Positions 25,874 through 36,107 of a stretch of DNA of 64,000 nt are shown piece by piece. The translations under genes and the position numbers were made by a program. Below the pieces are notes generated by a model. It did no database searches. It worked only from the letters and a program-made list of their open reading frames with translations, and had not been told where the DNA came from. Position 1 is the stretch's first letter. Every line of letters begins with the position of its first letter. The DNA is from Deltaproteobacteria bacterium (GTDB lineage Bacteria > Myxococcota_A > Polyangia > Polyangiales > Ga0077539), in NCBI GenBank assembly GCA_030694465.1, contig JAUXYJ010000103.1, positions 91,057 to 155,056 on the forward strand, written 5' to 3'.

Positions 25874-27775
25874 ATGAACAATGATTCACAACGACGCGAA
25901 ACACGCGAGGTCGTCGGACGCGTACTGATTAACCCACGAGGGTTTGGTTTTCTTGAGGTCGAGAGCGATGGCGAAGAGTCCCTGCGGGCTTTTATCGCGC
26001 CACCTGATCTCAACGCGTATCTCTTGGACGACGTGATCGCGGCCACGCTTGAGCAGAGCAAAGACGGCCGCTGGTCTGCACACAACCTGCAGCTCTACGA
26101 GCGCCCACGGACCGAGCTCGTGGGCGAGGTGGTTCAGCGCCGCGGGGTCTTCTCACTGCGGGTCGATCGCGAGGTGAGCAACACCGATTGGCCGCTGGAT
26201 TCACGAGGTCAATCGCTTGTCGTAGGCGAGACCATTGTGGCCCGCATTCACGACCGCACCGCGGTCTTGTTGCGCCAACTTGAGGCCGACGACGAGCCCT
26301 CTCTCGCGAGGGTCATCGCGCGACACCGTATCGCCACCGAGTGGAGCCCGCAGGCCCTCGCCCAAGCCCGCACGCTCTGCCAAAAGCCACACACGCTAGG
26401 GCACCGTCGGGATCTTCGCGACGTGCCAACGGTCACCATCGACGCCCCCAGCACGCGGGACATCGACGACGCCATCTCGGTGATCGCGGCCGACCGCAGC
26501 GGCGCGCTCCGGTTGCTGGTCTCGATCGCAGACCCGAGTGACTTTATCGCGCAAGACAGCCCGCTCGATCGCGAGGCCGAGCAGCGCGCGACGAGCACTT
26601 ATCTCGCAGGCCGAACGCTGCCGATGTTGCCAGACGAGCTGAGCTCAGGGCACCTCTCGCTGTTGCCTGGACTTGACCGCTGCGCGCTCACCGCAGAGCT
26701 GCGCATCGACGCCGAAGGGCACGTGATCGCGGTGGACGTGTACGAGAGTCTTATCTGTTCGCACGCGCGGCTGAACTACACCGAGAGCGCGGCCTTCTTG
26801 GACCACAACGAGGTGAGCGAAGCCATGGAGCCGGTGCGCGCGGCGATGCCGTGGTTTCGTGCAGCGGGAGCGCGCTTGGGCGCCGCGAGGGCGCGCCGCG
26901 GCGGGGTGCGCATCGCGCAGGACGAGGCCAAGATCACGGTGGACCCCGCGACGGGACAAGCGAGCGCGATTGAGGCCCACAGGCCCAACAGCGCACACTT
27001 GCTCATCGAGCGGTTTATGGTCGCGGCGAACGAGGCGATCGCGCAGTGGCTCACCGACCGCGGAGTGCCCGCGCTGCTGCGGGTGCATGACGTTCCGCGC
27101 GCCGACGTGGTGGGCGATCTCGCTGAAATCGCTGAGAATTTTGGCTACGCTGCGGGTTTCGGAAATGTGCTCACCCCGCGCTCGCTCGCGGCGTTTGACG
27201 CACAGATCGAGGGCTCTCCCATGGAGCCGGCGATCCGAAGTGTCTTGCTGCGCTCGCTGGGCCCTGCGCGCTATCAGGTGACCCCATCGCAGCACTTTGG
27301 GCTCGGCGCGCCGCTGTATCTGCACTTTACCTCCCCGCTGCGGCGCTACGCGGACTTCATTGTTCATCGCAGTATCAGAGCGTTTTTGCAGGGAGAACGT
27401 CGCTGGACCTACAACGATCCCGAGCTTGAGTCCCTCGCACAGCACATCAACGCCCGCGCACGCAACGCGGCCAACGCCGAGCGTGACCGACGCAAGATGC
27501 TCAACGCGCAGTACATGTCTGATCGTATTGGTCAGCAATTTAGCGCACGAATCACGCGCTTGCGCTCGTTCGCGATGGTCGCCCAGCTCGACGCGAGCTT
27601 CATCGAGGGGAGCATCAACGTCGAGAGCATGTCGGGCGGTCCCTACACTCTCGACGATCGAGAGACACATCTACGTGGAGAAACACGGACCTTTACGATC
27701 GGTCAGGCGGTCACCATCGAGGTGCTCTCGGCAGACACTGCCCTCGGTCGTGTTGAGTTTGCGTTGGTCAAATAG
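25874..27775 (+). CDS. rnr: Ribonuclease R / RNase II-family 3'-5' exoribonuclease
   Basis: RNB-domain motifs RDIDDAISV; N-terminal cold-shock-like domain and C-terminal S1-like domain. Confidence 0.8.
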   Translation: MNNDSQRRETREVVGRVLINPRGFGFLEVESDGEESLRAFIAPPDLNAYLLDDVIAATLEQSKDGRWSAHNLQLYERPRTELVGEVVQRRGVFSLRVDREVSNTDWPLDSRGQSLVVGETIVARIHDRTAVLLRQLEADDEPSLARVIARHRIATEWSPQALAQARTLCQKPHTLGHRRDLRDVPTVTIDAPSTRDIDDAISVIAADRSGALRLLVSIADPSDFIAQDSPLDREAEQRATSTYLAGRTLPMLPDELSSGHLSLLPGLDRCALTAELRIDAEGHVIAVDVYESLICSHARLNYTESAAFLDHNEVSEAMEPVRAAMPWFRAAGARLGAARARRGGVRIAQDEAKITVDPATGQASAIEAHRPNSAHLLIERFMVAANEAIAQWLTDRGVPALLRVHDVPRADVVGDLAEIAENFGYAAGFGNVLTPRSLAAFDAQIEGSPMEPAIRSVLLRSLGPARYQVTPSQHFGLGAPLYLHFTSPLRRYADFIVHRSIRAFLQGERRWTYNDPELESLAQHINARARNAANAERDRRKMLNAQYMSDRIGQQFSARITRLRSFAMVAQLDASFIEGSINVESMSGGPYTLDDRETHLRGETRTFTIGQAVTIEVLSADTALGRVEFALVK

Positions 27776-28778
27776 CCGAAGGGTTGCGCAGTGAGCGCGC
27801 GATCTCACGCATACCGTCCTCGAGCGTGATCTTGGGCTTCCAGGCGAGCTCAGCTTGCGCGCGGGCCGACGAGACCATCGCGTCGCGCATGAGAAAATTC
27901 ACGGCTTCTTCGGTCGCAGGTGGCTCGCGACCGAGCAACCGCGCGCCACGGGCGACCATCGCGAACAGCGGGCGCAAGAGCGCTGCAGGCGCGGTGCGGA
28001 CCTTGGGCACCCCGATCAGCGCGGCCAAGCGGGTGAAGTACTCGAGGTTGCTCGTGCGCACGCCGTCGGTGACGTTGAAGGCACGCCCCCACGCGTCGCG
28101 TGTGACCGCGGCGACGAGCGCGTCTACGAGGTTCTCGAGGTGCACGTGGTTGATCAAACCGCGCCCCCCGTCGGGAAGCACAAAGAGCCCCTTACGCAGC
28201 ATATCCACAGGCCGAATCACCCACGGAACGCTCCCCACCCCGTACACATCGCCCGGACGAATGACCAACGCGCGCTGGCCGCGCTCAGCCGCCGCGAGCA
28301 CCTCGTGATCGCTCCGTAATTTGGTCTCGCAGTACGCGTTGCCCTCGCCCCGAAACGGCCCCTCTTCGGTGACGCCCTCGGGATACGTAAACCCGTACAC
28401 CATCACGCTCGAGAGATGGACCATCGCGACGCCGTGGTGAGCCGCTGCCGCGAGGACGTTGCGTGTCCCTCCGACGTTGATGCGCTCGTAGTGTGCGAAG
28501 TCACCGCCCTCGCCCACGACCGCCGCGGTGTGCACGACAAGCTCAGCCCCCTCGAGCGCGTTGCGCACGCTGTCGCTCGAGCACACGTCGCCGACCTCAG
28601 CGAGAACACCCTGCGATTTTGCACGCAAGACTGCATTCTTAGACATGTCGAGCCCGTGCACGATCGCGCCCATCGCGGAGAACCGACGTGCCAACGCCAA
28701 GCCAATAAATCCGCCCACGCCCGTGAGAACTACCTTGCGCCCGTTGAGGTTCATCAGGACGCCGAGCGTGCACCACAA
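27768..28778 (-). CDS. NAD-dependent epimerase/dehydratase (SDR)
   Basis: VLTGVGGFIG Rossmann motif; 3' end overlaps the rnr stop by 8 nt (convergent). Confidence 0.75.
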   Translation of the reverse strand: MWCTLGVLMNLNGRKVVLTGVGGFIGLALARRFSAMGAIVHGLDMSKNAVLRAKSQGVLAEVGDVCSSDSVRNALEGAELVVHTAAVVGEGGDFAHYERINVGGTRNVLAAAAHHGVAMVHLSSVMVYGFTYPEGVTEEGPFRGEGNAYCETKLRSDHEVLAAAERGQRALVIRPGDVYGVGSVPWVIRPVDMLRKGLFVLPDGGRGLINHVHLENLVDALVAAVTRDAWGRAFNVTDGVRTSNLEYFTRLAALIGVPKVRTAPAALLRPLFAMVARGARLLGREPPATEEAVNFLMRDAMVSSARAQAELAWKPKITLEDGMREIARSLRNPSAI

Positions 28779-28808
28779 TGCGCGCGGCGCACAGACGCTG
28801 CGTGGGCC

Positions 28809-29813
28809 TTAGGCGGTCGGGTGTGTCCGTCTACGACCGCGTCGCGTCGAGTCGCCACGCGCGGCACAGGCGAGGAGCGTGCGACCGAGGGCTTTTTCGT
28901 CCGCTGTGAGTCCGCGGTCGAGCACGGCAGCCATCGCGTTTGCGCTGCCAAAGCGCTCGGCGGGGTCCATCGCGAGCGCGCCATCGATCACCCGCGCGAG
29001 CGCAGTGGGCATGCCTTCGCGGGCTCTCTCGGCGCGTGGGCGGGGCGCGTGGAGGTAGGCGTGTGTGCGATCGCTCGCAGAGACTAGGTCGGCCAAGAGC
29101 CTGCGACCCGCGATGATTTCCCAGAGAACGACCCCGAGGGCGTAGAGATCGGCGCGCGTAGAGTGAGGTCGACCTGCGAGGACCTCGGGGGCGAGGTAGC
29201 CGAGTTTTCCGACCGTGGTGCCTGGGGTTGTCGTGCGAGCAAACGTGAGGGCGCGCGCGAGTCCGAAGTCTGCCAAGCGCGAGACACCCGACGAATCGAC
29301 GAGCACATTTGCAGGCGAAAGATCCCGATGCAGCACCGGGCCCACCTTGCCTCGGGTCGCCCGTCCATGGTGCAACGCGTCGAGCGCATCCAGCACATCC
29401 AGCGCGAGCATCGCGGCCGCGAGGGCGGGCAAACTGCGCGAGGGCGCGACGAAGTGTCTCGCGCTCACGCCATCGACCCAATCGAGCGCCAAGAACGGGC
29501 CCTGTTGGTCGACTCCGTGGGCGAGGTACTGCACGACCTTCGGGTGCGAGAGCGTGGCGTGCACGCGGCATTCGTCATCAAAGAGCCGCAAGATCTCGGT
29601 ATTGGACGACAAGTTGGGCAGCACGCGTTTGACAGCGACCGAGCGCCCTGTGGTCTGCGCACGACCGCGAAATACCGCAGCCATTGCGCCAGATCCTGCG
29701 CGCTCAAGGCTCACAATGGGCTCGTCTCCGATCCATACGGCGTCGGCAATACTCACAACGTCGCCCTTAACAGCTCTGCGAGATTTTCTGCAAATGACCT
29801 GCGGACCCTGCAC
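28809..29813 (-). CDS. Ser/Thr protein kinase (kinase domain only)
   Basis: VAVK, HRDLSPANVLV, DFGLAR, APE motifs. Confidence 0.8.
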   Translation of the reverse strand: MQGPQVICRKSRRAVKGDVVSIADAVWIGDEPIVSLERAGSGAMAAVFRGRAQTTGRSVAVKRVLPNLSSNTEILRLFDDECRVHATLSHPKVVQYLAHGVDQQGPFLALDWVDGVSARHFVAPSRSLPALAAAMLALDVLDALDALHHGRATRGKVGPVLHRDLSPANVLVDSSGVSRLADFGLARALTFARTTTPGTTVGKLGYLAPEVLAGRPHSTRADLYALGVVLWEIIAGRRLLADLVSASDRTHAYLHAPRPRAERAREGMPTALARVIDGALAMDPAERFGSANAMAAVLDRGLTADEKALGRTLLACAARGDSTRRGRRRTHPTA

Positions 29814-29853
29814 AGACGTCGCACGCTCGATCGTGGCATGCTCACTTCAAGCG

Positions 29854-30267
29854 ATGATCACCAAGACACTCCGCAACGCACACTTCGCGCTCTTGCTTTG
29901 CACCGCCTTCACTGCATTCGCGTGTCGAAAGCCCGCGAGCGATCACGCGCCCGCTGCGCCCGCTGCACCGACGGCGTCTGCAAATGAAGCGACCGTTGCG
30001 CCGGGCCAGACGCTCACGGTCCACGTAGATGGCTCGGGCTATCACCCTGCGCGGGTGATGGCCACGGCCGGCTCGGACATCACACTGTCGTTTGTGCGCA
30101 CGACCGATGAGAGCTGCGGGCAGGAGCTTAAGATCCCGTCGCAGAATCAGACGTACACGCTGCCGCTCAACCAACCTGTACGTGTTGCGCTGCAGGTGCC
30201 CGCGAGCGGCGAGCTGGGTTTTACGTGCGGCATGGACATGTACCGTGGGGCAGTGGTGGTCCGCTGA
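29854..30267 (+). CDS. Cupredoxin-like-domain lipoprotein
   Basis: Internal ATG at 29854 gives signal/lipobox FTAFAC. The C-terminal beta-sandwich pattern ...ITLSFVRTTDESCGQELKIP...GELGFTCGMDMYRG resembles the cupredoxin-like PF13473 family. The longer ORF from 29215 overlaps the kinase on the opposite strand and is rejected. Confidence 0.45.
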   Translation: MITKTLRNAHFALLLCTAFTAFACRKPASDHAPAAPAAPTASANEATVAPGQTLTVHVDGSGYHPARVMATAGSDITLSFVRTTDESCGQELKIPSQNQTYTLPLNQPVRVALQVPASGELGFTCGMDMYRGAVVVR

Positions 30268-30426
30268 GTTATGGGCTGCAATGTCACCGTGCGAGTTTCT
30301 CGATGCGATCCTGCAATCTTAGCTGCTATGGAAAATCTGTTATCGCCACCTTCCGTGATTGTGGGATAGGTTGTTGTCTGTTCACTCACTAATTTCTGAA
30401 CGTCCTTCACGAGAATTTACGCACGC

Positions 30427-31188
30427 ATGGTTGGTCGCACCTTCGTCATCGGAGACATCCACGGTGAGCTCGCGATGCTCGACCAACTGCTGGGGCAATT
30501 TCCTGAGCTCGAACCAGAAGACACCCTGCTTTTTCTCGGAGACTACGTCGATCGTGGGCCGGACTCACGGGGTGTGGTCGCGCGGGTTCGCGAGATCGAA
30601 GCGACGGCCAAACACAAGGTGGTCGCGCTCCGTGGCAACCACGAAGACCTCTGGATTGACTGCTACGAGCGCACGCCGCATTTGGGCTTTTTGCTCCCGC
30701 GCGCAAACGGTTGCCCTGACACGTATCGATCGTTTGTGGGCGGAGAGCGATTGCCGCTCGACTCAGGGCTACCGCACGACGAAATCGCGCAGATGTGCAA
30801 CGTGCGCGGCTGGTTTCCTGCAGACGTCCTGGAGTGGTTTAAAGCGCGCCCGTGCTGGTACGAAGACGAGCACGCGATCTACGTGCACGCGGGTCTCGAC
30901 GGTGACGTCGATGACTGGAAGCACCCGCGCGACGGCCGTGAGCCACCCCTGCTCTGGATGCGCGAGATCAGTTTTTACCGAACATACCGCGGAAAACGCG
31001 TGATCTTTGGCCACACCCCCGTCACCGAGCTCCCCATCGATCACCTTGGGCTGATCTCGCGATGGCTCGATGATCCGGGCGATGTCTGGGAGCGCGGGGA
31101 CCTTATTGGCCTCGACACTGGCGCGGGCAAAGGCGGACACCTGAGCGCGATCGAACTACCCTCTGGGCGCATCTACGAAGGCCGCTAG
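30427..31188 (+). CDS. PPP-family Ser/Thr phosphatase / metallophosphoesterase
   Basis: GDIHG, GDYVDRG, GNHE motifs in canonical order. Confidence 0.75.
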   Translation: MVGRTFVIGDIHGELAMLDQLLGQFPELEPEDTLLFLGDYVDRGPDSRGVVARVREIEATAKHKVVALRGNHEDLWIDCYERTPHLGFLLPRANGCPDTYRSFVGGERLPLDSGLPHDEIAQMCNVRGWFPADVLEWFKARPCWYEDEHAIYVHAGLDGDVDDWKHPRDGREPPLLWMREISFYRTYRGKRVIFGHTPVTELPIDHLGLISRWLDDPGDVWERGDLIGLDTGAGKGGHLSAIELPSGRIYEGR

Positions 31189-31451
31189 CGCGCACGCGTG
31201 CGAAGGTGTAGACCTCGCGATGGTCTTGTGATTTCGCTAGCGCTTCTTCGATTCATCGCCCTGTCACTCTGCGCGGGGCTGCTCTTCGTCGAGCACGTTC
31301 GATTGAGCCGTAGAGTGGTCTCACGTTGGCCGATCTGGGTGCCCTTTGCGCCGATGGTGCTTGCTTGGCGACGCGGCGAGCGCATCACGGCGGCGATCAG
31401 CGCATCCCTCGCGCTTGGGTACGGGCTGCTCTTGCTGTGGCCTTAGGGACC

Positions 31452-32273
31452 TCACGCATAGACCGAACGAACTGGATTTTTGCTTAGAAATTCACGAACA
31501 AGGTCACGCACCCGGTCGGGCTGCTCGACGCTCGACAGGTGACCCGCGTCGGCCATGAGCGCGTGTTGCGCGCCGACGATGCCATCGACAATGCTCTTGC
31601 TGTGCGGGGCGGGCAGGGCGCGATCTGCGCCGCCCTCGATCACCAGCGTGGGGCACGTAATACGCTTGAGCTGCGGACGCAGATCCGTGCGATTGGCCAC
31701 GGCGTCTACCGCGTAGAAGAGCCCACGACGGTCCATGGATTTCCACCGGTCTTTGAAGCGCTCGACCTCATGGGGTGCGCTGCGCATAAACGTCTCAGAG
31801 AACATCAACGGCACCACGGTCTTGGCCACTGGCTCAGTCACGCCCACTGCGAGCACCGATGCCGCGAGAGCCATGTACTTCGCGCGGTTAAAAGCCGACT
31901 CGCGCGCTGCGCTGCTGTTGAGAATCACCAGCGCATCGACGCGTGAACGGTAGTGAATCGCCGCACGCATCGCGGTAAATCCACCCTGCGAGAGACCCAC
32001 CATGGTGGCGCTACGAACCCCTGCGTGATCGAGGACTGCAACAGCATCTTGGGCTTGGTCTTCTTGGGTAAATCGCTTGCTGGGCGCGCTGGAACGACCA
32101 TGTCCCCGGAGCTCTAAATGCAGCACCCGGTGGTCGTGCGCGAGGTCCTGGGCGAGGTGAGCAAACATCGCGGCGTCGCACAAAAGACTGGGCATCAGCA
32201 ACACGCAGTGTGCGTCACGTGGGCCAAGGTCGTCGTAGTGAAGTGTGCACGTAGAGCGCTGAACCAGAGGCAT
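31452..32273 (-). CDS. Alpha/beta-hydrolase fold protein
   Basis: GLSQGG nucleophile elbow; HG oxyanion region near the N-terminus. Confidence 0.7.
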   Translation of the reverse strand: MPLVQRSTCTLHYDDLGPRDAHCVLLMPSLLCDAAMFAHLAQDLAHDHRVLHLELRGHGRSSAPSKRFTQEDQAQDAVAVLDHAGVRSATMVGLSQGGFTAMRAAIHYRSRVDALVILNSSAARESAFNRAKYMALAASVLAVGVTEPVAKTVVPLMFSETFMRSAPHEVERFKDRWKSMDRRGLFYAVDAVANRTDLRPQLKRITCPTLVIEGGADRALPAPHSKSIVDGIVGAQHALMADAGHLSSVEQPDRVRDLVREFLSKNPVRSVYA

Positions 32274-32301
32274 GGTGCAGAGCTTTATCGCGTTGTGCCG
32301 C

Positions 32302-33549
32302 TCAGTACAAAACGCGCGTACGGATGTCTGTCGTGAGCGCTGCGATGGCCTGCGCGACCGATTGCGCGACGTCTTTCTCGATGTCCATCACGAGATAGCC
32401 GATGGCGGCGTCCGTCGAGAGCACCTGTGAAGCGATGTTGGCGCCGAGCTCAGAGACGATGTTGTTGATGTCACGGAGCACACCCGGGACATTGCGATGG
32501 ACGTTGAGCACGCGATGCGTCCCTGACGAGGGCGGCATCTCGATTTGCGGAAAGTTCACTGCGCCCGTGGTCGCTCCATTGCGCACGTATTTGAGCAACG
32601 AGCTGCCCACTTCGACGCCGATCGAGGCCTGGGCTTCGACCGTTGAGCCTCCGATGTGCGGGGTCAAGATCACGTTCGAGAGCCCACGAAGCGCCGAGAC
32701 AAACCCATCAGAATTGCTCTCGGGCTCTTCGGGGTAGACGTCAACAGCGGCCCCCGCGAGCTGCCCCGACGCGAGCGCTTGCGCCAACGCAGGGATCACC
32801 ACCACGGTGCCTCGGCTCGCGTTGAGCAGGTAGGTGCCTTTGCGCATGTACGCGATCTCTCGCTCGCCGATCATCTCGTGTGTCTGTGGCGTCGCGGGCA
32901 CGTGCAGCGTGACAAAGTCACTCTTGCTCATGAGCTCTTCGAGAGAGGTCACTGCGTGGTTGTTTCCCATGGGGAGTTTGGTCGCGACGTCGAAGAAGAG
33001 CACACGAAGCCCGAGCGCTTCGGCCAGGACGCCGACCTGCGAACCGATGTGGCCGTAGCCGACGATTCCTAGGGTTTTTCCGCGGACTTCGAAGCAGCCT
33101 TGCGAGACCTTTCGCCACTGACCAGCGTGTACTTCGCGTGAGCGATCCCCCAGCTGGCGCGCGAGCGCGACGACCTCGGCCACGATCAGCTCGGCCACCG
33201 AGCGCGTGTTGCTAAACGGCGCGTTAAACACCGGGACGCCCAGCGCGTTGGCCGCCTTGAGGTCCACCTGGTTGGTCCCAATGCAGAAGCACCCCACGCC
33301 AAGCAACCCCGGCGCGGCCGAGAGCACCCGCTGGGTGAGCTGCGTCTTGCTGCGGATCCCCACGAGGTGCGCGCTCGCGATCCGCGCGCAGAGCTCGTCT
33401 TCTTTGAGCGCGCCGCTGACTGCGTCGACGTCAAAGCCCTCGTTCTTCAGCAAATCTACAGCTGAATGATGAATGTTCTCTAACAAGAGCACACGCAAGG
33501 GTCCGTCCGCGCGGTGCAGTTCACTCAGTGTCGGCGTGTAGTCGGTCAT
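32302..33549 (-). CDS. serA: D-3-phosphoglycerate dehydrogenase with C-terminal ACT domain
   Basis: 2-hydroxyacid dehydrogenase NAD motif GIVGYGHIGSQVG; catalytic R/E/H region; C-terminal ACT-like segment. Start set at Met (MTDYTPTL...) rather than the ORF maximum. Confidence 0.8.
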   Translation of the reverse strand: MTDYTPTLSELHRADGPLRVLLLENIHHSAVDLLKNEGFDVDAVSGALKEDELCARIASAHLVGIRSKTQLTQRVLSAAPGLLGVGCFCIGTNQVDLKAANALGVPVFNAPFSNTRSVAELIVAEVVALARQLGDRSREVHAGQWRKVSQGCFEVRGKTLGIVGYGHIGSQVGVLAEALGLRVLFFDVATKLPMGNNHAVTSLEELMSKSDFVTLHVPATPQTHEMIGEREIAYMRKGTYLLNASRGTVVVIPALAQALASGQLAGAAVDVYPEEPESNSDGFVSALRGLSNVILTPHIGGSTVEAQASIGVEVGSSLLKYVRNGATTGAVNFPQIEMPPSSGTHRVLNVHRNVPGVLRDINNIVSELGANIASQVLSTDAAIGYLVMDIEKDVAQSVAQAIAALTTDIRTRVLY

Positions 33550-33704
33550 CGTGGGCACAGCGCATAACACACTCGCGCGCCTGCAGGTGTGAGCGCCCCC
33601 CGAGGGCTCTGATGGGGCCCCAAAATCCATCGAATTCACTGTGACAGACAATGTCCTCATGCAATTGCGTGCTCTGCCTAACTAGGTCACGATGGATCTT
33701 GTCG

Positions 33705-35183
33705 ATGAGCACCGAGACCATGCAAAAACCCACACAACTTCAGGATCACGGGGCCGCCAACGCGCGTCCCTTGGCCGAGCCTACCCGAGGGGTCCTCGCT
33801 CGCTACCAGAGCGCGGGCCTCTCGCGTGAAGTCCTGTGGCACGAGAGCGGTCTTGAGATGACCCAGCGCTTGCTCGCCACGCTGGCGACCCAGCTGCGGC
33901 AAGGGACTCCGGCAGCGCTCGCGCTCAACCTCGCGCTCGAAGACAGCTACACACGCACCCATGCCCCCCCTGCGCAGCGCGAGGGCTGGATCGCGTGCGC
34001 GCTCAGTGCGCTGTGCCGCGACCTCGCACGCGAAGCGCTGAGCGCTGGGTCCGAACACGCCATGGCACACGCGCTGATGGACCTGCGGCCGCTGCTCAGA
34101 GCTTCGCGAGAGAGCATCGCGCAGACGCTGCCTGAGAGCGCCAGAGAGCCTCTTGTGAGCGCAGCAAGACGGGTGCTCGCCGAGATCCACGAGGTCGCTC
34201 TCGCGACCGATGGCGTGCCTCCAGTGGCCTCTTCGCTCTTTGGCCACCTGCGACACGGTGTCTCGCAGTTGCGAACGCACGAGACCATGGCTGCGATCGC
34301 GCAGGCCTCGGTCCTGCGCGCCGATCGCGCCGAGCACAGTGATACCGAGGGCGCGTGGGTTCGCGCTCCGCAGCCGGTGCGCGAGGCCGTTGTCACCGCT
34401 GCCCTCTGCGAGGGAGCGCTGGCCCTGGCCCGCGCGAGCGCTCGAGAGTGGGCGCGCACACCCGAGGCGAGCCTCGCGCTCGCCCGATGTGCAGTGGCGC
34501 TCTTGGGCGCGGCCGCGACGAGCCACACATGGCTCTTGAGCGCCCACACCCCCGAGCCCACCGGGACACCCACTGCAACGGCCACTGCGCGCACGACACA
34601 CAGCGCGTTGGCGAGTGTTTCACCTGAGATTGTCACCGAGGCAGCGATCGCCTCCCCATCCCCCATTGGCACGGAGTCCACCATGAGTCAGCAAAGCAAC
34701 CCAGTCAGCCCCGCGCGCAAAGCACCCCAGCTTCTTGAGACCCTCGAGCACGACGCACAAGACGCAGCGTGGCGCTTGGCGGGCTCTCAGTTTGTCAAGC
34801 TCATGCGCGACCCCCTGGTGGGGCTGCTCTCGCGCCATCTTGCACCAGGCGACGAGTCCATGCGCGGGCGAATCGCGAGCTTTTTGGACACCGAGCTCGG
34901 CACCTCGCTGCTCTCGGCGATGCTCTCGGCGGCCCTCGGCTCGTTGCCTCGTGCTGCGGGCCCGGTGCCTGACCGGCTCGCGCGCGAGCTGCGGGTGCGT
35001 GCGATGACCGACGCGGGCGACGTGGTCGCAGATTTGGTCATGGGGCCGCTGCGCCAAGTGATGGCCCTCTATCTTCAGGATCCCTCGTTTGTGGGCGCGA
35101 TCGCGCCCTCCCTCGAAGCGCCTCGCGCGGTCGCGCAGAGCGAGAGTGTCGCGATGGCCAGCGAGCACACGGTCGCGCGCTGA
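33705..35183 (+). CDS. Hypothetical Ala-rich protein
   Basis: ORF only; consistent codon bias; no motifs recognised. Confidence 0.35.
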   Translation: MSTETMQKPTQLQDHGAANARPLAEPTRGVLARYQSAGLSREVLWHESGLEMTQRLLATLATQLRQGTPAALALNLALEDSYTRTHAPPAQREGWIACALSALCRDLAREALSAGSEHAMAHALMDLRPLLRASRESIAQTLPESAREPLVSAARRVLAEIHEVALATDGVPPVASSLFGHLRHGVSQLRTHETMAAIAQASVLRADRAEHSDTEGAWVRAPQPVREAVVTAALCEGALALARASAREWARTPEASLALARCAVALLGAAATSHTWLLSAHTPEPTGTPTATATARTTHSALASVSPEIVTEAAIASPSPIGTESTMSQQSNPVSPARKAPQLLETLEHDAQDAAWRLAGSQFVKLMRDPLVGLLSRHLAPGDESMRGRIASFLDTELGTSLLSAMLSAALGSLPRAAGPVPDRLARELRVRAMTDAGDVVADLVMGPLRQVMALYLQDPSFVGAIAPSLEAPRAVAQSESVAMASEHTVAR

Positions 35184-35414
35184 GACCTCACGGACCGACG
35201 GGGTGGGCGGCAAGATTGCCGAGGCGATCCCAGAGAAATTCGCACGGCAGCGCGGAGAGCGTGTGCCTAGATGTGCAGTGTTTTCACGGGGTTTTCGCGT
35301 CACGCTTGGTGACGGCGACGGGAGCGCCTCGGACGAAGCTGCGATCGAGAGCCACACACTAGCGTGGTGACGCGAGGAGGTGTTACACCGGCAACCTCCT
35401 CGAAGATCTCGCTC

Positions 35415-36014
35415 ATGGCCAAGTCACCCCAAGACAAGCACGCGCACATTCTCGAGCTCTTAGAGCGCGGGAGTGTCTACATCCATCTGGACCCACGCCG
35501 CCCTGGGGTCTCTGTGCCGCAATGGCTACGAGATCGACATCAGCTCGTGTTGCAAATTGGTCTGAATTTTCCAATTCCAATTCGCGATCTCGAGATCGAC
35601 GACGAGGGCGTGCGGTGCACGCTGTCGTTTAACCGCCAGCCGACGTTCTGCGAGCTCCCCTGGACCGCCGTGTACGCGCTCGTGGGGGACGATGGTCAGG
35701 TGACCGTTTTTCCGGGAGAGTTGCCCTCGGAAATGTCCGGGGAGCAAGACAGCAAAGAGCTCGGCGCACCACAAGCAGTGCGCACACGCAAGCCTCCCAA
35801 GGACAAGACTGCGACCCCTCGCAAGAAGCCCTCGCCCGCGCTTGAGCTCGCCCCGACCCCGTTGGTCCTCGACGAGAGCCCCGCGATGCAGGCGGCTGTC
35901 GCGAGCGAGAAGCCCAGCCTGCACAGCGAGCCATCCAGCGCGAGTGACGACGCGCCCAAGCGCTTGACCCGGAGCGGTCGAGAGGTGCCCGCGTGGCTCC
36001 GCGTGGTCAAATAG
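35415..36014 (+). CDS. SspB-like (ClpXP adaptor-like) protein
   Basis: N-terminal about 110 aa follow the SspB fold pattern (HxxLDPRRPGVSVP...QLVLQIG...RDLEIDDEGVRCTLSFNRQP..C.LPWTAVYAL). The C-terminal tail is acidic/Pro-rich. Assignment is by pattern only. Confidence 0.4.
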   Translation: MAKSPQDKHAHILELLERGSVYIHLDPRRPGVSVPQWLRDRHQLVLQIGLNFPIPIRDLEIDDEGVRCTLSFNRQPTFCELPWTAVYALVGDDGQVTVFPGELPSEMSGEQDSKELGAPQAVRTRKPPKDKTATPRKKPSPALELAPTPLVLDESPAMQAAVASEKPSLHSEPSSASDDAPKRLTRSGREVPAWLRVVK

Positions 36015-36107
36015 CGAATGATTGCAGGGAGTTAGCCGCGAAGCCTTGAGCGCTCTGGGGGGCAAACGACAGAGCATGGCTTGTGCGTTGCTCGTCGCGG
36101 GAGGGGT

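Noticed and set aside
29215-29853. N-terminal 213 aa of ORF 29215..30267
   Set aside because: It overlaps the Ser/Thr kinase gene on the opposite strand. Internal Met at 29854 yields a clean lipoprotein signal plus cupredoxin-like domain.
33687-35357. Antisense ORFs 33687..34601(-), 33947..34684(-) and 34620..35357(-)
   Set aside because: They overlap plus-strand gene 33705..35183. All are Arg/Ala-rich. None can be distinguished as coding by motif, so I kept the longest plus-strand ORF at low confidence.
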